The notes under the pieces: model-generated
Told to the model about the DNA's origin: nothing
Seen by the model: the letters and a program-made list of their open reading frames with translations, nothing else
Databases searched by the model: none
Translations under genes and position numbers: made by a program
Shown: piece by piece, positions 26,163 through 35,532 of the stretch
How positions within the stretch are numbered: position 1 is the stretch's first letter
Layout of the letters: each line of letters begins with the position of its first letter
Assembly (NCBI GenBank): GCA_001778285.1
Contig: MFGL01000020.1
Coordinates: 36,881-79,157, forward strand
DNA from: Candidatus Falkowbacteria bacterium RIFOXYC2_FULL_47_12
Lineage (GTDB): Bacteria > Patescibacteriota > Patescibacteriia > Patescibacteriales > XYC2-FULL-47-12
Reading direction: 5' to 3'
DNA length: 42,277 bases

Positions 26163-27362
26163 TTATAATATATTATTTAACCCGTGTTGTATAATTTCAT
26201 TTAATTTATTTTGAGAGAACAACTCTCGGCTTTGGCGCATCGCCCTACGCGACAACTTTTTTTTTAATTCCCCGTCTTGCAATCGTAGAATTTGCTCCAC
26301 AAATTCCCCTTTGGTTTTGGCTAACAGCAAATGCTCCTCGTCTTGAAAGGAATAGCCGACCAATCCGCGCGGCGAAGTTACGGTCGGAATTCCCAAACAC
26401 AATGGCTCAAAAATTTTCTGCTGCATACCGGCACCCATTAAAGAAGGGACTAAAGCGATGTCTATTTTATTTAAAAATTCTGCCAAATTTTCAATAAAAC
26501 CCTCTACTTTTATATTACCCACGCAAAGCCGCGCCAAATCAGAGGGCAATTTTTTGCCGACAAGGTGAAAAATAAATTTGCCTGGCGCTTTTCTGGTTAC
26601 CGCCGGCGCTATTTTTTTAATGATAAATTCAGCCGCCTTCCGGCTATGGTGCACGTTGTATGAGGCGCCCATAAAAAATAAATGTAAAACTTTTTTATCA
26701 ACAATTTCCCGTTTATCCGCAAGCAAAAGCGGCAAACTACGCAAAGGCAAGGTGGCGATATTTTTTGCGCCCAGTTTTCGGTAAAGTTGCTCTTCTTTTG
26801 GGGTAATGGCAAAAAGATAATCGCTCTGCCCGATAACTTTCAACTCCGACAAAAACTTGGGCAGAAATTTCAGAATATTTAAAAAGCTGATACCGTCTTC
26901 CTGCAAAAAATGCGTTGGCTCAAAGTTGATGGAACGGGTGACGATAGGAATTTTTTTCTTTTGAAAAATTTTATACAGGGGCCAAAGATACGTATAATCA
27001 AACCAGGCAATATCCGGCTGAAACTCCTCTACTAGCCTGGCAACGGCTGATTGCATCGCGGGCAAACCATATTCATAAGCCGCGCCGTCCCAATATTTCG
27101 GCTGCATTATTCTTTTTATTTTTGCCCGCCAATTTTTATTTTTAATAAATTCATAATCTACCAAATCAACGGCGATGCCGCTATCTTTACTCCACTGGTT
27201 AATTTCGTTTTTATCCTGCCAATTGAACGCTCGCGCCACTATCCGCACTTCCCAGCCCAGCCGCTGCAACTGTAAAATTCCGGCCAGCCGCTCCTGTTCG
27301 CAGGCGCCGGTGGTGGGGATGGGAAATTTGGGGGTAATAACTAAAATTTTTTTCATAATCAT
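26163..27362 (-). CDS. Glycosyltransferase family 4
   Basis: KILVITPKFPIP, GFIENL, GAGMQQKIFE and GIPTVTS. Confidence 0.85.
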   Translation of the reverse strand: MIMKKILVITPKFPIPTTGACEQERLAGILQLQRLGWEVRIVARAFNWQDKNEINQWSKDSGIAVDLVDYEFIKNKNWRAKIKRIMQPKYWDGAAYEYGLPAMQSAVARLVEEFQPDIAWFDYTYLWPLYKIFQKKKIPIVTRSINFEPTHFLQEDGISFLNILKFLPKFLSELKVIGQSDYLFAITPKEEQLYRKLGAKNIATLPLRSLPLLLADKREIVDKKVLHLFFMGASYNVHHSRKAAEFIIKKIAPAVTRKAPGKFIFHLVGKKLPSDLARLCVGNIKVEGFIENLAEFLNKIDIALVPSLMGAGMQQKIFEPLCLGIPTVTSPRGLVGYSFQDEEHLLLAKTKGEFVEQILRLQDGELKKKLSRRAMRQSRELFSQNKLNEIIQHGLNNIL

Positions 27363-29242
27363 TTATTCATAAATTGCCGATACCACAACTGAAACGTCAT
27401 CGCTGACCAAAGCGTATTTAACGCGTACTGTTTTTTACTAATATGGTCATCCAACATTTTTTGCAACGCCGCAAAATTAAACATATCTTTCGTGCCAGCG
27501 CAAAAAGCAGGTGACAGCGCTTCTCGCATTAGCGGCTGCAGGGGCCCGCGCAGCCATTTCGCGGCCGGTGAAAACCAGCCCCACTTGGGTTGGCTTAAAA
27601 CAAAATACGGCAAGTATTCCCGCATTGCTTCGCGTAAAATTATTTTTCCTTCATAGTGTTTGCCGATACTGCCAAACATCGCTCCCTTGCGGCCAATTTT
27701 GTACCGCACGGGAATGCGGTCCGCCAACTCAACTAATCTATGGTCCAAAAATGGCACGCGTTGTTCCAAACCAGCCGCCATGGACATCTTATCTGAACGC
27801 GCGAGCGATTCATCCGGCAACCAGCTCATAATATCCGTGCGCATAAACTGCCGCGTAAAATCCGCCTCGTCCACCTCTGAAAAATACTGTTTTGATAAAA
27901 ATTCCGGCAATACTTCCGGCCGGCTGACTTCATCAGAAAGAAATGACGAAATTATCCTTTCCTTTTGGCTAAAAAAACTCAAATAACGGGCAACGCCCGG
28001 CGCGGTGTTTATTTTTTCGTACCAGCCGCTTTTGCCCGCCGCGGAGAAAAACAACTTTGCGGCCGCGCTTTTACGCAGCACGCGCGGCAACCGGTTAAAC
28101 CTGTCAATCAACGCGCTATAATAGTAACGTTCATAGCCGCCGAAGAGTTCATCCCCGCCGTCGCCGCCCAAAACAACTTTGGCTATTTTGGTTGTCTGCC
28201 GCGCTAGCAGCATATTTACGGCCTGAACATGGTTGGAAATCGGCTCATCCATATGGTAAATTGCGGCCGGAAGGTTAGCCAAAACATCTTGGGCGGATAA
28301 AATATATTCATGATGGCTGGTATTAAAATGCGCGGCAGTCCGGCGGGCGATTAAAAAATCATTATTATATTTCGCCGCTTCCTCGGTATCCTCAAAACCG
28401 ACGGAAAAAGTGTTAACTTTGTCCGAAAGCCGGCTCATGATGCCGGTGATAATAGTTGAATCAATGCCGCCGCTTAAAAATACGCCCACTGGACGGTCTG
28501 ACATAAGTTGTTTTTTTACCGAATCGTGCAACAGCCGGGAAATCTCTTCTTTAATCTGCTCTTTGTCCGATAATAGCGAGGAATCATTAAACTGCCAATA
28601 TTTAGTAATTTTTATATCACCCGTTTTATTAACCACAGCGTAGCTTGCCGGAGGCAATTTATAAATATTTTGCCAGATAGTCAAAGGCGAGGGCACGTAA
28701 AGCAGGCGAAAATAAATATTTAACGCTTCATAATCAAGCGGCGCGTCAATTTTGTGCTCTAAAATAGCTTTGGCTTCTGACGAAAAGATAACTTTTTTAT
28801 CTTTATGATAATAATACAACGGCTTAATGCCTACCCTGTCCCGAGCAAAAAATAATTCTTCCGTTTCAGTATTCAAAATCGCCAGTGCGAACATACCGTT
28901 GAATTTTTGCAAACACGCGCTGCCCCACTCCTGATAGGCATATAAAATAACTTCGGTATCTGTTTTTGATTTGAATTTATACCCCAAAGCCTCAAGCTCT
29001 TTTTTAATTTCCAAAAAATTATATATTTCGCCGTTAAAGATAATGGCGAATTTTTTGTCCGCGCTTAGCATCGGCTGATGCCCGGTGCTGCTTAAATCAA
29101 TAATTGAAAGCCGGTTGTGCCCGAGCGACCAACGGGAAGACAAAAAAACGCCCGAGTCATCCGGGCCGCGGTGCTTTGTTATTTCGTTCATTCGTTTGAT
29201 TAATCCTTCGTCCTGAAAATTAAAGCCGTTGATGCTGCACAT
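27359..29242 (-). CDS. asnB: Asparagine synthase (glutamine-hydrolysing) family amidotransferase
   Basis: Cys2 (MCSING), HRGPD, RLSIID, FNGEIYN, LSGGIDS, GDGGDELFGGY and RVPFLD. In this context probably a glycan uronic-acid amidotransferase. Confidence 0.93.
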   Translation of the reverse strand: MCSINGFNFQDEGLIKRMNEITKHRGPDDSGVFLSSRWSLGHNRLSIIDLSSTGHQPMLSADKKFAIIFNGEIYNFLEIKKELEALGYKFKSKTDTEVILYAYQEWGSACLQKFNGMFALAILNTETEELFFARDRVGIKPLYYYHKDKKVIFSSEAKAILEHKIDAPLDYEALNIYFRLLYVPSPLTIWQNIYKLPPASYAVVNKTGDIKITKYWQFNDSSLLSDKEQIKEEISRLLHDSVKKQLMSDRPVGVFLSGGIDSTIITGIMSRLSDKVNTFSVGFEDTEEAAKYNNDFLIARRTAAHFNTSHHEYILSAQDVLANLPAAIYHMDEPISNHVQAVNMLLARQTTKIAKVVLGGDGGDELFGGYERYYYSALIDRFNRLPRVLRKSAAAKLFFSAAGKSGWYEKINTAPGVARYLSFFSQKERIISSFLSDEVSRPEVLPEFLSKQYFSEVDEADFTRQFMRTDIMSWLPDESLARSDKMSMAAGLEQRVPFLDHRLVELADRIPVRYKIGRKGAMFGSIGKHYEGKIILREAMREYLPYFVLSQPKWGWFSPAAKWLRGPLQPLMREALSPAFCAGTKDMFNFAALQKMLDDHISKKQYALNTLWSAMTFQLWYRQFMNK

Positions 29243-29255
29243 AATTATTTCTCTG

Positions 29256-29996
29256 CTATTTCTTTTTCGCCACGCACATGATTGATAGGCCGTAGGGAAA
29301 CTGTATGTATGGTATCAGCGCAGCCTCCAAAGAGAGACATTTCTCAAACATATCGTTCACCAACCAATGAGAATGGAATGTTTTGCTGATGATATTTTTC
29401 GATACATATATATGCTCCGACAATCTCTTCGCTACCGCCAGAGGGAATAGAAAAAAATTAAGGTAGGAAACTTTTAATGGCTTAAAACCAGCCGCGCCCA
29501 CGGCGCTGACCAATTCTTTTTTATAGTAGCGTTTCTTTGTCCAAACCAGTTTATCTTGATGGCCGCGCAACCAATTATAGGCTGGCTCTCTAATAACCAA
29601 AAGCCCTCCTTGTTTTAATACTCTTTGAAACTCCCTCAGTGTTTGCCAATCATTACCCGCCCGCTGATGGTATAACACGTCCAAACAAAACACCATGTCA
29701 AAGGTGTTGTCGGCAAACGGCAACTTGGCTATTGACCCTACGAACAGTTGCCGAGCGATTCCCTTTCGTTGCGCATAATCTATGGCCTGATTTGACTTGT
29801 CTATGCCATAAATCGCGCCGTACGAAGACAGGAGCTCAAACATACCGCCCGTACCGCAGCCGGCGTCCAAAATCACATTATCCTGCCGCTGAGGCGCATA
29901 GCTCGCCAATACCGCGGCGATAATTTTTCGCATTCCGACATGCCACCAGAAAGTACTCTCTCGCTCATTCATGATGGTATAAATTTCAGTCTCCAT
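29256..29996 (-). CDS. Class I SAM methyltransferase (type 11)
   Basis: FWW, LDAGCGTG, LPFADNTFD, LDVLYH and RVLKQGG. Confidence 0.88.
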   Translation of the reverse strand: METEIYTIMNERESTFWWHVGMRKIIAAVLASYAPQRQDNVILDAGCGTGGMFELLSSYGAIYGIDKSNQAIDYAQRKGIARQLFVGSIAKLPFADNTFDMVFCLDVLYHQRAGNDWQTLREFQRVLKQGGLLVIREPAYNWLRGHQDKLVWTKKRYYKKELVSAVGAAGFKPLKVSYLNFFLFPLAVAKRLSEHIYVSKNIISKTFHSHWLVNDMFEKCLSLEAALIPYIQFPYGLSIMCVAKKK

Positions 29997-29997
29997 C

Positions 29998-31734
29998 TTA
30001 TCTATTTTTAAATTTATATATAGCTATTTGATTTTGTCGGTACACTTCTTCAAGTTCATCGTAGTTATCCAAATTCCACTCAGGGGAAACATCTCTGTCC
30101 CAAATAATATAATCCAGTCGGTAACGCCGCAATAAGCTGATGTTCCATCCTTCGCTTTTTAATTCTGACAAAACTGCCTGCACTTTAACCAATTCCCGCT
30201 CCAACGTATACTGTTTGTCAGAAGTGATATGGAAGAAATCAGGCACGCGTTGTACGTTTCGTTCAATCATCGCTGGCTGAGTCCACAACATTCGCGCCAC
30301 CTCGTTCATACCAAAATTATTAGCGACAAACTCGTCAATATCAAAAAAATGGGAAAGAAGCGTTCTTTCAACTGCCTCGGTGTCGCTTAAAAGTAAATAA
30401 TACATGCTCTCGCTGTAATAAACATTGGCATGAGTATATACCGGTACGAGACGCAGTAAAGCGGGGTGGGAAAAAATAACGTCATCAACTGCCGTATTGG
30501 CGTTTATCCAGTCAAAAACATACATATAGTGCTGTTGTCTTTCCTCAACTGCGGGCTGTGCCAGACCGCGTTGATAGGGAGGAAAGTTGAAACTTTGCAA
30601 GCGCCAAGCCGGCACGACCAGCATCACTGCTATCAAAACTACTAAAGCCATATCAAGTCTAGTGCGTTTTCCATCAGTCTTTTTGAGTATGGTAAAAAAC
30701 CAGTAGTGTGCAACAAATATGTATAAAAACACCGGCATAAACGACCAGTGGGTGGCGTTCTCAATAGTTACTCCCGTTATCACCTGGTGGTTGGGATAGA
30801 TGACATTGGACGTCAACAATGCGAGCAAGACGTATATACGGTTATCGTTGCTGAGTTTATAGCGGCGCGTCAAAAATACAAAAACTCCAAGCCAAGATAG
30901 CGCAACGCCGAGTCGCGGAAATGTCTCTGGCCAGTGCGTGGCGAACACCCCCATGCGCACAGCCATCGCGTCATAGAACGGCGTATCAACACCGGCTATA
31001 ATGCGTAACAAATACGGCGCAGCAATGACCAGCGCGATAACGATGAGGGTTGCGTGATATTTGCACTGTGTGTAGTCTTTACGCCACAACAGAGACAAAG
31101 TATACAGACCCAACACCACTACCAAAAACGACCAATGAAAAAAATAAGTCAAAAATAATAACCCCAACACAATGCCTCCGAGTATGGCATGCAGCCACTG
31201 GCGCTCCGTTTTAAACACGAGCTGAAACCAGCACCACAAAAAAAATAAAAATAGCGGAAACGACACACCAGGATGAATCGGCTTGGTCATGCCGCCAGTG
31301 ACGACGGTAAAAAACGCTAACGAAAGCACGAACGCGCTGGCGCGATTTTGATATAGGGACATGAGCAATACATACAGCAACGCAGCCATGAAAGCGGGCA
31401 AAATGAACGTCAGCGCAATTTGTAGCGTCGGAATAGCAACCCGCAACATCGGCGCCAGCCATGCTAACAATAATTCGCCACCGATGGCTTGGGGATACGT
31501 GTCCAGTTTGTGTTCAAACAAATACGGATTGTTCATATCCGGATGTCCGTCTCTAACCTCGTGCGCCCGCGCCAAATAAAAATTAGCGTCAGAATTAAAC
31601 TGTGGCCAGATTCCCTGGAAATTAGCCCCCATTCGCTGTAATGACAAAATAACAGGCAAAACGCTGAATAAACCAACCAGAAACGCTAAGAGTACAGCCG
31701 GCCAATATTTTTGTAATAGTGTCATTGATTTCAT
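29998..31734 (-). CDS. Polytopic membrane protein, GT-C fold-like glycosyltransferase
   Basis: About 11-13 TM helices, D-x-x-F-Y in the first external loop (NSDANFYLAR), and a soluble C-terminal domain (DWINANT...DDVIFS; RYRLDYIIWD). Confidence 0.55.
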   Translation of the reverse strand: MKSMTLLQKYWPAVLLAFLVGLFSVLPVILSLQRMGANFQGIWPQFNSDANFYLARAHEVRDGHPDMNNPYLFEHKLDTYPQAIGGELLLAWLAPMLRVAIPTLQIALTFILPAFMAALLYVLLMSLYQNRASAFVLSLAFFTVVTGGMTKPIHPGVSFPLFLFFLWCWFQLVFKTERQWLHAILGGIVLGLLFLTYFFHWSFLVVVLGLYTLSLLWRKDYTQCKYHATLIVIALVIAAPYLLRIIAGVDTPFYDAMAVRMGVFATHWPETFPRLGVALSWLGVFVFLTRRYKLSNDNRIYVLLALLTSNVIYPNHQVITGVTIENATHWSFMPVFLYIFVAHYWFFTILKKTDGKRTRLDMALVVLIAVMLVVPAWRLQSFNFPPYQRGLAQPAVEERQQHYMYVFDWINANTAVDDVIFSHPALLRLVPVYTHANVYYSESMYYLLLSDTEAVERTLLSHFFDIDEFVANNFGMNEVARMLWTQPAMIERNVQRVPDFFHITSDKQYTLERELVKVQAVLSELKSEGWNISLLRRYRLDYIIWDRDVSPEWNLDNYDELEEVYRQNQIAIYKFKNR

Positions 31735-31736
31735 GT

Positions 31737-32795
31737 TTATAATACTTTTTTAATACTATCTACAATTCTTTTTGACGTTTTGCCATCCCAGTAGGGAATT
31801 GCTGTTTTCTTTTTGGTCAAATCCTTGGCGCGATACGCTTGCAGAATAGACACCTTGGTCACCCCGCCGATGGTGTTCGTGCCATGCGTAACGGTAACCG
31901 GCCGTTCGGTTTCGGTGCGAAGAGTAATGCAAGGAGTGCCAAGGTAGCTGGTTTCTTCTTGGATGCCGCCCGAGTCGGTCAAGACCAGCCGCGCATTTTT
32001 TTGGTAATAGAGAGATTCCTGATAGCCTAAAGGTTCTAAAAGGTGCACAGACGTACGCAATCGCTCAAGCAAACCGTATGCCTGCGCCATTTTTTTGGTG
32101 CGCGGATGCAGTGGAAGGTAAATAATAGCATCACGGGCAATCTCCGCCAGCGCTTGCACGATTTCACTTAAAATCGCCGGACTGTCAACATTTTCAGCGC
32201 GATGCAATGTGCAAAAATAAAATATCTCATTAGTTTTTTTAACCTGTGGCAAAAACATTTCCAACGTATCAATCATGATATTTCCCACTGGGTGCACATT
32301 TTCAGTAACGCCTTCTTTACGCAAATTTGCTATTGCTTCGTCAGATGATGTAAACAACATACTGGAAAGCCTGTCGGTTATGACACGATTTATTTCTTCG
32401 GGCATTTGATTATTATACGCGCGTAGACCGGCTTCTACATGGACGAGCGGAATGTTCATTTTATACGCTGTCAGAGCACCGGCCAGCGTGGAATTTACAT
32501 CACCCACGACCACGACCAAAGAAAAATGTTCCCGCAAAAAAATCTCTTCCAAGCCAACCATAATATCAGCAAACTGGCGGATTATGGAATTATGCGAGGG
32601 GTGCAAATTATAATGCGGCTGTAAATGAAACTCTTTGAAGAAACTTCCTGACATATCGGCGTTAAAATGCTGGCCAGTATTTATCAACCGGTACGCTATT
32701 TTTTGCTTTTCCAACTCACGGCACAGGGGCGAAACTTTCATAAAATTCGGCCGCGCGCCGGCAATAATAGCAATTGGTTCATTATCTGGATTCAT
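31737..32795 (-). CDS. wecB: UDP-N-acetylglucosamine 2-epimerase (non-hydrolysing; WecB/WbpI family)
   Basis: GARPNFMK, TGQH, GDVNST, HVEAGLR, PEEINR, TLHRAEN, TDSGGIQEE and TERP. Confidence 0.92.
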   Translation of the reverse strand: MNPDNEPIAIIAGARPNFMKVSPLCRELEKQKIAYRLINTGQHFNADMSGSFFKEFHLQPHYNLHPSHNSIIRQFADIMVGLEEIFLREHFSLVVVVGDVNSTLAGALTAYKMNIPLVHVEAGLRAYNNQMPEEINRVITDRLSSMLFTSSDEAIANLRKEGVTENVHPVGNIMIDTLEMFLPQVKKTNEIFYFCTLHRAENVDSPAILSEIVQALAEIARDAIIYLPLHPRTKKMAQAYGLLERLRTSVHLLEPLGYQESLYYQKNARLVLTDSGGIQEETSYLGTPCITLRTETERPVTVTHGTNTIGGVTKVSILQAYRAKDLTKKKTAIPYWDGKTSKRIVDSIKKVL

Positions 32796-32798
32796 AAT

Positions 32799-33824
32799 TT
32801 AATTTCCCGGAATTATGTAATTATTCATCTGTTGAATTAAAGATTCCAAACTATGCCGTTCTTTAACGATATTTTGCAAAAAAACCGCGTTATGCTTTTT
32901 CCAGTCCCCGTCCAAAATAAAAGCCGCGATTTCCTTGGGGTCGTCATTATTAATTGCGATTGGCAAGCCAATGGCCTGGCTATTGCCTCTGGTCGTAATT
33001 GGATAAACGCCAAACAGCATAGCTTCAAGCATGGTCTTATCAATAGTCTCTGACGCCATGTTAACCATTAAACGGTATTGGCCATAAATATTTTTGAGCT
33101 GGCTCATTGGCACTGGACCCATAAATTTCACCCTGTCCTCCAAATTTTCCTGTGTGACCAATTTATGCAGTTCACGGACATAATCCTTTTCCACATCTCG
33201 GCCATAGACTGTCAGCGTGTATGCGGCAGGTAAATATTTTAAAGCCAGAATAACAAGCTCCGACCGCTTAGAACGGCACAGGCGATGCACGGTTAAAAGT
33301 CTTTGTGGTGCATTTTGATTTTCGCCCGCTGGGATAGCGTCTAACCAAAAATCTATATCAATACCATGACCGGTAATTACTTTCTTGGGACTGCCCTTGT
33401 ATTGAGGTAGGCTCTGTTTGGTGGCCGCGAACATCCTTTGGCAAAACCAGCCTGCTAGTCGCATATGGATATGCATTTTATAATGGGTGTACCACAGATA
33501 CATTGGTTTGCGCGTCAAAACCCAGTACCAACCTCCCAAGGTAAAATACTCTGGATTCATATGCACAAATACGCGGTCGTAACGGAGGGTGGTGATAAAT
33601 TTTAAAAATCGCAATGTGCGACGCAACTTGCCGTACCCTTTTTCCTTACCTAACGAGTACACGGGAAATGAATCATTGAAATCCTTTTTTTCCAGACAAA
33701 TCACCTGCACGTCAACTCCCTGCCGGATAAATTCGCGTATCCATAAAATAACAAAAGCTAAGTCATCGTCATTTTGATGAATTTTTTGAGTGATGAAAAG
33801 TAGCGTTGTTCGGTGAGGGTCCAT
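32799..33824 (-). CDS. Glycosyltransferase family 4
   Basis: LWYTH, TGHGID, RL..SK and DKTMLEAM. Confidence 0.82.
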   Translation of the reverse strand: MDPHRTTLLFITQKIHQNDDDLAFVILWIREFIRQGVDVQVICLEKKDFNDSFPVYSLGKEKGYGKLRRTLRFLKFITTLRYDRVFVHMNPEYFTLGGWYWVLTRKPMYLWYTHYKMHIHMRLAGWFCQRMFAATKQSLPQYKGSPKKVITGHGIDIDFWLDAIPAGENQNAPQRLLTVHRLCRSKRSELVILALKYLPAAYTLTVYGRDVEKDYVRELHKLVTQENLEDRVKFMGPVPMSQLKNIYGQYRLMVNMASETIDKTMLEAMLFGVYPITTRGNSQAIGLPIAINNDDPKEIAAFILDGDWKKHNAVFLQNIVKERHSLESLIQQMNNYIIPGN

Positions 33825-34529
33825 TTATCTGTCGAGGGCGCCTTTTTCCGCTGTCAAAACGACGTGGGTAAAAGCATCCTTAATCCCAAAATAATAATCC
33901 ACCATAACAAAGCCGTCTTTTTCTAACATTTTCTGGCCGTGCTTTTTGGATTGAATCCTGGTCACTTCGTCGGGATGTAGTTTAATATTTTTTTTCAAAA
34001 TGTTATTTAGGATAAAATTAACTATTTTCATAAATGAAACACTAAGGCCGAACTCGGGCGGCCAAAATAGCAAAACCCGCCCGCGTGGCTTCAAAACCCG
34101 GTAAAACTCCCTTAAGATAGCACTAATTTCCTCTTCGGTAAAATGCTCCATCACGCCTAAATTATAAACACCGTCCACGGAGTTATCCGGCAGGGAAATT
34201 TCAAAAATACTTCCCTTCAGAGTTTGCGCATATGAACCATTTAACGCCTGATAGCGATCCAGAGCCAATTGCGATATGTCCAGTGCCGTAACCCTGGCAT
34301 AATGAATGGCGTCAGTATCGACTTGCCCTCCGCCGCACCCCGCGTGCAGCAATATCGCGCCCGGCGCGAATGTTTTTTTAATAAACCTGTTTAGTGTGCT
34401 CTTAATTATATGCTTTCTGTAAAAAACCGCGATGGTGTCATAAAGCATATTGCCTTTTTTATTCTTATTTGCCCAATAATAATTCCACTCCTGTTCAGCT
34501 TGGTTATGTTTGAAAATATTTTCGCTCAT
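33825..34529 (-). CDS. Class I SAM methyltransferase (type 11)
   Basis: LHAGCGGG, LDIS, NLGVMEHF and RVLKPRG. Confidence 0.88.
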   Translation of the reverse strand: MSENIFKHNQAEQEWNYYWANKNKKGNMLYDTIAVFYRKHIIKSTLNRFIKKTFAPGAILLHAGCGGGQVDTDAIHYARVTALDISQLALDRYQALNGSYAQTLKGSIFEISLPDNSVDGVYNLGVMEHFTEEEISAILREFYRVLKPRGRVLLFWPPEFGLSVSFMKIVNFILNNILKKNIKLHPDEVTRIQSKKHGQKMLEKDGFVMVDYYFGIKDAFTHVVLTAEKGALDR

Positions 34530-34560
34530 AGTGTCTGCTCTCTTTCTTAATTAAGATGAA

Positions 34561-35532
34561 TTACGGCTGTAACTTCTTGACATCGGCGTGAACCATAATT
34601 TTAACCAGTTCCTGAAAAGTAACTTTTGGCTGCCATGCTAAAATTGTTTTGGCTTTGGCAATATCGCCGACCAATAAGTCAACCTCGGCCGGTCTCCTTA
34701 AGTGTTTATCAATGATAATATGGTCTTGCCAGTTTAGGTCGGCCTCATTGAACGCCGTGACAACAAATTCTTCAACACTGTGTGTCTCACCTGTTGCAAT
34801 CACGTAGTCGTCCGGCTCGTTTTGCTGCAGCATCCGCCACATCGCTTCCACGTACTCCGGCGCGTAGCCCCAGTCGCGGCGCGCGTCCAGATTGCCCAAA
34901 TACAATTTGTCTTGTGCACCGGCCTTGATGGCGGCAACCCCGCTGGTTATCTTTCTGGTCACAAACTCCATACCGCGCCGCTCGGATTCGTGGTTGAACA
35001 AAATGCCGCTGCAGCAGAACATGCCGTAGGCCTCGCGGTAGTTGCGCGTGATGTCAAAACCGGCAACTTTGGAAATACCGTAAGGTGAGCGGGGATGAAA
35101 CGGCGTTTGCTCATTCTGCGGCGTCTCGCGTACCTTACCGAACATTTCGCTTGAGCCGGCAAAGTAAAAACGACATTGCAGCGTTTTCTCTTTCAAAGCC
35201 GACAAAGTATGCAACGTTCCGTTAATATTAGTGTCAAAAGTGGAGAATTGGTCTTCAAAAGAATAGCTGACAAAACTTTGCGCCGCCAGATGGTAACACT
35301 CGTCCGGCCTAACTTTTTCCACGATGCTAAAAATACTCGCGTAGCTTTCCAATGAGCCTGAATGCAGCGTTATTTTATCCAAAATATGCCGTAGCCTCCA
35401 CAGCCGCTGCGCCGGATCCTCAATGGCGACATGGCGCACCAAACCATGCACCTCGTAGCCTTTCTGCAACAGCAGTTCCGCTAAATATGAACCGTCTTGC
35501 CCGGTAATGCCGGTAATCAATGCCTTTTTCAT
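34561..35532 (-). CDS. gmd: GDP-mannose 4,6-dehydratase
   Basis: ALITGITGQDGSYLAE, LAAQSFV, PRSPYGISK, GILFNHES, FVTRKIT, RDWGYA and RPAEVDLL. Confidence 0.96.
   Translation of the reverse strand: MKKALITGITGQDGSYLAELLLQKGYEVHGLVRHVAIEDPAQRLWRLRHILDKITLHSGSLESYASIFSIVEKVRPDECYHLAAQSFVSYSFEDQFSTFDTNINGTLHTLSALKEKTLQCRFYFAGSSEMFGKVRETPQNEQTPFHPRSPYGISKVAGFDITRNYREAYGMFCCSGILFNHESERRGMEFVTRKITSGVAAIKAGAQDKLYLGNLDARRDWGYAPEYVEAMWRMLQQNEPDDYVIATGETHSVEEFVVTAFNEADLNWQDHIIIDKHLRRPAEVDLLVGDIAKAKTILAWQPKVTFQELVKIMVHADVKKLQP

Noticed and set aside
27359..29242. Role in asparagine biosynthesis
   Set aside because: It is embedded among and coupled to glycosyltransferase genes, so glycan amidation (WbpS-like) is more likely. 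The family call is kept.
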